From: Mobula birostris
Lineage: Eukaryota
DNA: 64,000 bases
NCBI RefSeq assembly: GCF_030028105.1
Contig: NC_092374.1
Span: 90,176,491 to 90,240,490, forward strand
Reading direction: 5' to 3'
Both the position numbers and the translations under genes were made by a program. Shown here piece by piece: positions 50,401 through 59,400 of this stretch. Numbering within the stretch: position 1 is the stretch's first letter; each line of letters begins with the position of its first letter. The notes beneath the pieces were generated by a model. The model did no database searches. It had not been told where the DNA came from and was given only the letters and a program-made list of their open reading frames with translations.

Positions 50401-53400
50401 ATGGACTTTAGCAATGCATTTGAGAAGGTCCTACATGTGGGGTTGGTCAAGAAAGCTCAGTTGCTTGGCATCGATGATGAAGTAGTAGATTGGATTAGAC
50501 ATTGACTTTGTGGGAGAAGCCAGAGAGTGGTAGTAGATGGTTGCCTCTCAGACTGGAGGCCTGTAACTAGTGGAGGTAGTGATGCTGGGTGCATTGTTGT
50601 TTGTCATCTATATCAATGATCTGGAGGATAATGTGGTTAACTGGTTCAGCAAATTTGCGGATGACACCATGATTGGGGGTGCAGTGGGCAGCGAGGAAAA
50701 TTATCAGAGCTTGCAGCTGATCTGAACCAGCTCGCAAAATAGCCTGAAAAATGGCAGATGGAATTTAATGCAGAGAAGTGCACTTTAATAGGACCAACCA
50801 GGATAGGTCTTACACAGGAACGGAAGGGCACAGAGGAGTGTAGTAGAACAAAGGGATCTGGGAATACAGGTACATAATTCATTGAAAGTGATGTCACGGG
50901 CAGATAGGGTCGTAAAGGGAGCTTTTGACACATTAGCCTTCATAAATCAAAGTACTGAGTACAGGGATGTTATGTCGAAGTTGTATCAGATGTTGGTGAG
51001 GTCTAATTTGGAATATTGAGTGCAGTTTTGGTCACCTTCCTACAGGAAAGATGTAAACAAGGGTAAAGGAGTACAGAGAAAATTTGTTAGGTCTGGAGGA
51101 CATCAGCTATAAGAAAAGATTGAACACGTTAGGACTTTATTCCTTGGAATATAGAAAATGAAGAGGAGATACAACAAAACTATAAGGAATCCATTGGTCT
51201 TGCGAGACCATGGATCTGCGCCTGAAAAGTTTTCACTCTCCAGGGCGCAGGCCTGGGCAAGGTTGTATGGAAGACCAGCAGTTGCCCATGCTGCAAGTCT
51301 CCCCTCTCCATGACACCGATGTTGTCCAAGGGAAGGGCATCAGGACCCATACAGCTTGGCACCAGTGTCGTCGCAGAGCAATGTGTGATTAAGTGCCTTG
51401 CTCAAGGTATAAGGAATGTAGACAAGGTAAATCCAGGCATGCTTTTTCCACAGAACTGGAGGTCATGGGTTAAGGGTGAAAGATTTAAGGGGTACTTGAG
51501 GGCAAACTTCTTCACCCAGAGGGTAGTGCGAGTGTGGAACGAGCTGCCAGCTTCAATTTCAGCACTTAAGAGAAATTTGGATGAGTACACGCTTGAGAGG
51601 GGTATGGAGGGCTAAGGTCAAGGTGTGGGTCAATGGGAATAGATAGAATAATAGTTTGGCATGGATTAGACAGGTCGAAGGGCCTGTTCCTGTGCTGTAG
51701 TGCTGTATGACTCTATGCTGTTGCACCTGAGAGAGGGTTTGATTCCCTCCTCCCCAAGGGCTCCGGGTTCCTCAACTGCCCAGTTCCCACAACAAACCAT
51801 CTACTGGAGGAAATCAGAGGGTGGAACAGGGAGATCCACAGGGACTCACGCATGATAACTTTGGCAATAAGATTTTGCAAGCCATGGGTAGTGCAGGCAC
51901 CAACAGTGACCTCTCAGAATTGTCCAGGAAGCCCAAGCTTCCACAAACGAGCATGAGAGAAGCAGGAAGCTATCGTAGCTTATGCTGTGTTAAGTGTTAG
52001 GTAGTGAAACTGCACTGTCAGTAGCCCAGTTAATTACACTCTGTGGCCACTTTGTTAGGTACAGAAGGTACCTAATGTTGGTGGTCTTCTGTGCTGCAGC
52101 TCATCCACTTCAGTGTTCGACGTGTTGTGCATTCAGAGGTGAGTTCCTACACACCACTGTTGTAACATGTGGTTATTTAACACACTGGCATCTTCCTGCC
52201 AGCTTGAAACATTCTCCTCTGACCTCTCTCATTAACAGCACATTTTTGCCAACAGGACTGCTGTTGCCTGGATGTTTTTTTGTTTTGTTTTTCTACACCA
52301 TTCTCTGTAAAGTCTAGAGATTAGTGTGTGTGAAGATCCCATGAGAACAGTAGCTTCTGAAATACTCAAACCACCCTGTTAGACACCAACAATCATCCCA
52401 CAGTCAGAGTCACTTAGATCACATATCTGCCCCATTCTGATACTTGATCTGAACAACAACTGAACCTCTTGACCATACCTGCATGCTTTACACATTAGGT
52501 TGCTGCCACATGATTGGCTGATTAACTATTTGCATTAATGACAAGTGTACAGGTGTCCCTAATACAGAGGCCACTGAGTGCAAATAATACAGCAGTGTTG
52601 AGCCAATAAAACAGGCTATTAATACTGTATACTCACGGATTGTGGTTTTCTTTCTTTATATTCCCTGTGGAGAGACAGACAAGGAAGAGAATAAGTTTGG
52701 AGATGGCGAATACTGGGCAGGGTTTCAGCTTCTCTCATGCTCGTCTGTGGAAGCTTAGACTTCCTGGACAATTCTGAGAGGTCATTGTTGACACCTGCTC
52801 TACCCCATGGGTCGTAGAGCCTTGTTGGCTAAGTCATCCTGTCTGAAACTACGCCGACATCCCTGTTCAACCCTCTGAGATGTTTTGTCGTGGGAACTGG
52901 GCTCACGGCGCACTTGGCGTCTGTGGGTGGGGGAGAATCGAAATACCTCTGAGGGGGACCTGCTGATCCCTAGTTTCAACAACATAGAGTCATAGAGCAC
53001 TATCTCACAGAAACAGGTCCAAAGAGGAATGAACCCTCAGAGTGCAGGAGATTAAAGTGATTGGTGATGGTGGTGGAGGGGGATGTGTTCCACACCAGAG
53101 GGTGCTGGGGCTCTGAGACTCACAGCCTCAGCAATTGGTGGAGAAGGATTACAGAGTGTACTCGAGGAATTGGTGGAGAAGGAGACAACTGTCACAATTA
53201 CAGAGTGTGCTTGAGGAATTGTGACCTCTGGGGGGTGGGGTGGGGCTACAGATCCAGTGCTGAGAGCTGGGATGAGGCACGTTGGCTGGCATGAATACAA
53301 TGGGCCAAGTGATCTCCTCTGGTATCATTAATCTTCCTTTCAATTCTGTTTGAGGAACTTCATCTCTCTCTTGCCATCTCATGACTTGCTTGCTCTTGTT

Positions 53401-56400
53401 CTCTCCCTTGCTTCCTCTTTCTCTTTCACTCCCCAATCTCTCATTCTCTCTTTGTCTCCCTCCTATCTTGCTCACTTGTTCTTTATCTCCATCTCCCTAT
53501 CTAACTCTGCCCTGTTCTCTCATTGTGTTCCTTTCCCTCTCCCCCCACCTTTCTCTCTCTCTTCTGCTTCTCTCCATCCATCTGTCGGAAGTGGGGCTGC
53601 GTCCAGCTGTGGAATGAGAGAGACCCTGAAAGAAATTTATTCCATTCTCAACCTGTGATCTGTTCAACTCATCTACTTCCGGAGCAACACACACAAAACT
53701 CTGGAGAAACTCAGCAAGTCAGGCAGCATCTATGGAGGGGAATAAACTGTTGATGTTTCAAGCGGAAACCCTTCATTGGGACTGGAAAGGAAGAGGGCAG
53801 AAGTCAGAATAATGTGGGGGAGGGGTAGTACAACCTGGCAGGTGATAGGTGAGACCCTGGTGGGGAGGAAGGTGAGTGGGTGGGGAAAGTGTGGATGATG
53901 TGAGGGAAGGATAGGAGGGAGAGGTAAAGGACTGAAGAAGGAGGAATCCCAAAGGAGATCCAGTGGACTGTGGGAGAAAGGGAATGAGGCAGAGAACCAG
54001 AGGGAGGGGATGGGCAGGTAAGGAGAAGAGAAGGGAAGAAAGGGTGCCTAGAATGAGGAATGGAAACAGAGAGAAGGGGGAGGGGGGTGAGTAATTACGA
54101 GGAATGATCAACCTGCCATCCCTCTCCCCTGCCTGGTCTCAACTATCACCTGCCAGCTTGTACTCCTTCCCTGTGCCCCCACCTTCTTACTCTGGCTTCT
54201 GCCCCCTTCCTTTCCAGTCCTGATGAAAGATCTCAACATAGAACATCAACTGTTTATTCCTCTCCATAGGTGCTGCCTGACCTGCTGCGTTCCTTCAATG
54301 TTTGGTGCATGTTGCTCAAGATTTCCAACAGCTGTAGAATTTCATGTCCACTTCCTGTTGCTTTACCCTAAATACATGACTTCCCACTTATTACACAAAT
54401 ATTTGTATTGCAGAACTAACCGCAACTGCTCCAGCTGCAACTGAGCTGCACAGGAGGGGTGCAGGGTGCTGACGCTCGTTGTGTTAGAGTTAGGTTGTTC
54501 ATAAGCTCAAAACTCCTACATCCTCGCTTTAGCTATGAGGTGATTTGTCACTTGTGTTCTGTACTGACATTTGGCTCATCAAGGCTCTGCAGCCCCTCAG
54601 AACAATTCCACTCCTCCACTTATGAAACTAATTTTCCCCTCACATATTCCCCATCTGCCCTCTTCCTCCCATGTTCTCTCACCCTTAACCGCGCACGCAG
54701 GCCAATTTACGACAGCCAGTTAACAAACCGGCCCCACACATCATTGGAATGTGGGAGGAAACCAGAGAACAAGGGGGTTTGTTGGGGGTGGGGGGTTGGA
54801 ACTGATGCAGTCACAGAGAGAGCATGCAAATTCCACACATAGAAAGGTAGCACCGGAGGTGGGGTTTGAATCTGGGTCTCTGGTGCCACAAGTGTGGGGG
54901 AGAGGTACCTTCCAGAGCAGGGTGGGGTGTAATCTCCCAGAGTGGGGGGAGGAGGAAGCTCAAATCTCTTAGAGCGGGGGGGAAGATGAATCTCCCAGAG
55001 TGGGAGAGGGAGGAGTAAGTCTCCCAGAGCATTGGGGGGGGGGGGTTCTCCAAAGGGGAAGGAGGGTATCTCGCAGAGCGGGGGACTGTCCAGTCAGGGT
55101 TCCTAGTGAGAGGAATTTCACAGGGAGTAAACTCTGTGAGAGGGATTTTCCAGAGACTGAGGGTTCTCCCAATGAGAGTCATCTCCCAAAAGCATGTGTC
55201 AGCGAGGGACCTCACAGTGAGAGGGATCTGCCACGGAAAGGGCTTCCATATATATCCTGGAGAATTACTCACCACTCCTCTTTCTCTTGATGATCCAAAT
55301 CCCGAAGACCAGTCCGACACATAGTGCTAGCCCACAGACCCCCAAAAGGGTGTAGAGCAAGGTCGGACTGCCCCTGGGGTCAGCTGATCCGGCTGTGAAG
55401 ATTTCAAGCAGAGAAGTGATTAGCCTGCCTTCTGCAATCTCTACTCCTTGAACTACCCCTTCCATGTTAAGGAGGGTATGTGTTGCTCCTGGTCAGTAGC
55501 CATGAAGAACTTGCCACTTCAAATGTCCAGGGCAGGTTCACCACAAAGAGGGAGCATTTGTTTTTTGAGAAGGGTCAAAGTCAAGTTTATTGTCATCTGC
55601 ATAGGTATAATGAAATACTAATTTGCAACAGCATCACAGGCATGTAGCATCAGGCACAAAACATTCATAAGAAATATATTAATTAAATATAAATTATTTA
55701 CAACCTGATGGCATGTATATCGATTCTCCTGCTGCTAAAAAAAAATGACCCTCTACCCTTTTCTTCAATTCCCCACTTTGGCTCCTTAACTCTTCTCGCC
55801 TGGCTATTGCCTCCCCTGGGTTCCATCCTCCATCCCTTTCATCTATAGTCCAATCTGCGATCAGATTCCTTCCTCCCCAATCCTTTACCTTTCCTACCCA
55901 CCTGGCTTCACCGATCACCTTCCAGCTATCCTCCTTTCCCTCCCACCACCTTTTATTCTGTCGTCTTCCCCTTTACTCTCCAGCCCTGAAGAAGGGACTC
56001 GGCCAGAGTGTTGACTATTTATTCATATCCATAGATGCTGCCTGACCTGTAAAGTTCCTCCAGCAATTTTTTTGTGAGCTGCTTTAGATTTCCAGCGTCC
56101 AAATTTCTTGTGTTTGTCTTTTATGGGCTAATTGTTATCGCTGGAATTTGAGTTATCTCTAGTCTTTGACACTAGAGATTGTGTTATCACTGAGGTGATT
56201 ACAACCGCTTTTCCCTTTGACCATTTCTTTGTTTTTTTTTAAGCTCCTCTTTCTTGTCCATTTTCTGCTCTTGTAATATCAAATGAGATGATCATTAGCA
56301 GGATTTATGCCTGATTCTTGACTTCTGAAGTACCTTTGGACTCAAAGCATCAGGATCCAACTTGCTGCTCAGTGTCCACTTTATCTTGTAGCTTCTGTGC

Positions 56401-59400
56401 CAAATAAAGTGGTGACTGAGTGTATGTCCATGGTCTTCTGCTACTGTAGCCCATCCACTTCACGGTTCGATGTGTTGTGCGTTCAGGGGTGCTCTTCTGC
56501 ACACCACTGTTGAAGCGCCTGTTGTGAATGCCTCCCTGACAACTTGAACCAATCTGGCCATTCTCCTCTGACGTTGACTGACTGTTCTGAGTGAAAATCC
56601 CAGCAGATCCACACTTTCTAAGATTCTCAAACTGCCTCTTCTGGAACCACAATCATTCTGCAGTCAAATTTCTTCCACATTCTGATGTTTGGGCTGAACC
56701 GCTGAACCTCTTGACCATGTCGGCATTGAGTTGCAGCCACATCATTAGCTAATTAAATACATGAATTACCAAGCAGGTGTACTTAATAAAGTGGCTTCTG
56801 CGTGCATATGGCTGATCTGAATGTGGATGTCGAAGGCATGATCAGTAAGTTTTCAGATGACACAAAGATGGGTTAAGGTGTTGGCAGTGTGGAGGGAAGT
56901 GTTAGCTTTTCCCTATGGGGAATGTTTTGATGAAATGGTCTGAGAAATCTCCACAGATTCTGCCTGACATGCTGAGTTCCTCCAGCATCTACAGAACCTC
57001 GTGTTATAATTTGATGAACCACCGCAATCTCTCTTCAGGGTATGCCTACTCTGGAGAAGTTTAGTCATCTCTCCCACAGGGCCTCATCCCACTGCTTCCC
57101 ATCTGTTGTCTCTGCTGCTCTCTGATTCTTCAACCGTGACTGCACCCAGACACAGCCATCTGCCAGCTTGTACTCATTCCTCGCCGCCCCTCACCTTCTT
57201 ATTCCGGCTTCTTCCCCATTAATTTCCAGTCCTGAAGAAGGATCTCTGACCAAAACATTGGCTATTTATTCCCCTCCATAGATGCTGCCTGACCTGCTGA
57301 ATTCCTCCTGCATTTTGTGTGTGTTACTCTGGACTTTCTGCATCTGCAGAATCTATTGTATTTGGCAAGTGGTTGGTGGAGTTCAATCCTGATCCATGTG
57401 AGGCGATATATTTTGCCAGTATCCACTAGGACAGGACACACAGCACCAATGGTAGGAAAATATTGAGTATTGTCAAACAGAGGTAGTGCTGGAGATGGTG
57501 GAAAGTTTCACAGGATGTAATCTGGGATAGAGCTGCAGTGATGAGCAGAGACCAGGTCAGTTGTCCCTGGAGTTGAGGAGATTTCGAAGGGACATATGTA
57601 TAAGGTCTTTAAAATTATAAGAGATATAGACTACAGGATGCTCATGTCAGAAGTAAATAAAACTTGCGAGTTCAATTTTAGGGTGATTGGGTAGAGGTGA
57701 TGGGGGTGGGGAGAACCACAGAGTGGTGAGCACCTGGAACACTCTGCCTGAAAAAGCGGAGTCAGTGACAGCATCAAGGAAGCGTCTGGACGAGTACCTG
57801 AACTACCCAGGGACAAAAGGTGAGTAGGCAAGTGGCGGGAGACAAGTTTCATGTGGATAAGAGTCAGCATGGACATAATGGGTGGAGGGGACTGCGTCCT
57901 TGCTGTATGAAAACATAAAGTTGAGTCAATGCACAGGAAATAAATCGTGAGAAACTACATTAAACCATGAAATCAAAGAACCTTTAGACAAGAGCAGAGG
58001 TCAGGGTAAGGATTCAGGACGCACCTCGCACTGACAGAAACGTCGCCGAGATGCTTTGCCATTCAGTTAGCTTATCATGATCATTCAAACTTCTCACACG
58101 GCAGACATAGAAATTGGACTCATTTCTATGCGGATGGAGCCGGTCTTGTCTCGCAAGGGGGAGCCCAGGAACTCGATCCGGCCTCGGTATTCCCCGAATG
58201 CGTTGTTTCGTGAAGAATCGAATATCTCTGTACCATGAAAGCCACCAACTCTCCAAGTGATATGAATGTCTCTGGGTATATAAGTGTCCGGGTAAGTGAA
58301 GGAACAGGGGAGAATGACGGACCCATTCTCTGCAGCCTCCTGGTACCCCAGCTGCTTCACCCGGAACTCACGGCTACCGGTCCGTGCTGAGGTAAAAGGG
58401 AGCAAACGATCATTTGGGAACCTCCTATCACATTTCATTCGGCGGAAAACCATCCCATAATACTCTCAGCAACAGACAAGTCCCTGCACTCTGATTCATA
58501 AACTAGACCAATGCAGAATAAATCCAGACTAAATCGTCCATTCTCCAAGTCTGTGACTACCAGTGGAGAATTCGGCAAACCAGGCATCGAACCCTGAGCC
58601 CCGAGATTACATGTCATGAAAGGACATGGTTGTGCAGGAACATGATTGAGGTACATATGCCCATGAGGGCAGAGACAGGGTAGATTACAGGTAACATTTG
58701 ATAGAACATAAAGGTTTAGGCTAAGGGATTTGGAGGGGGTCTGAGAAGGAAGTTTCACACAGAGAGCGGTGAGTATTTGGAACCCACTGCCAGAGAGGGA
58801 GGGCCGGAGCAGTCACTGACATCCTTTCGGAATTATCTACGCCAGTACCTGAACTATCCAGGGACAGGTACAGGACGAAGCCCCGGAGGTGAGCATAATG
58901 CGGGTGGCAGTCAATCGGTCAGTATGGATGTGATGGACTAAGCGGACTGACCTCCTGCAGGAGGAGAATGTGAAAACATGAAGCTGGGTTGATGCACAGG
59001 GATTAATTGAAACAACATTTAGACAAGAGCAGAGGTCAGGGTAAGGATTCAGGACTCACCTCTCACGGACAGAAACGTCCCTGAGATGCTTTGCCATTCA
59101 GTCGGCTTCCGATGATCTTCCAAAATTGTCACACGGCAGACATAGAAATTGGAGTCATTTCCTTTCAACCGATGTAAGCGGATGGAGCCCGTCTTGTCTC
59201 GAAGTGCGGAGCCCAGGAATTCGATCCGGCCTCGGTATTCACCGAGTGCGCTGTTTCGTGAAGAATCGAATATCTGTATACCATGAAAGCCACCAACTCT
59301 CCAAGTGATATGAATGTCTCTGGGTGTATAAGTGTCCGGGTAAGTGAAGGAACAGGGGAGAATGACGGACCCATTCTCTGCAGCCTCCTGGTACCCCAGC

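Noticed and set aside
51850-51969. 120-nt phase 2-2 candidate exon with a GTGAGT donor, overlapping the left inverted-repeat arm
   Set aside because: The polypyrimidine tract is poor and the Trp/Cys-rich translation ([15 protein letters not shown]...) does not resemble a cytoplasmic tail. RNA-seq could revive it.
42895-52637. Two Tc1 derivatives each lie about 56 bp from a small cytoplasmic exon
   Set aside because: They are on different sides of their exons (acceptor versus donor) and this Tc1 family is abundant, so coincidence is likely.
54900-55260. G-rich degenerate repeats (ctcccagag, gtgagaggga) next to the TM donor, and (GGGGA)n at 49211-49277, as functional G-quadruplex elements
   Set aside because: These are low-complexity tracts, G-rich only on the strand opposite the mRNA, with no evidence of function.
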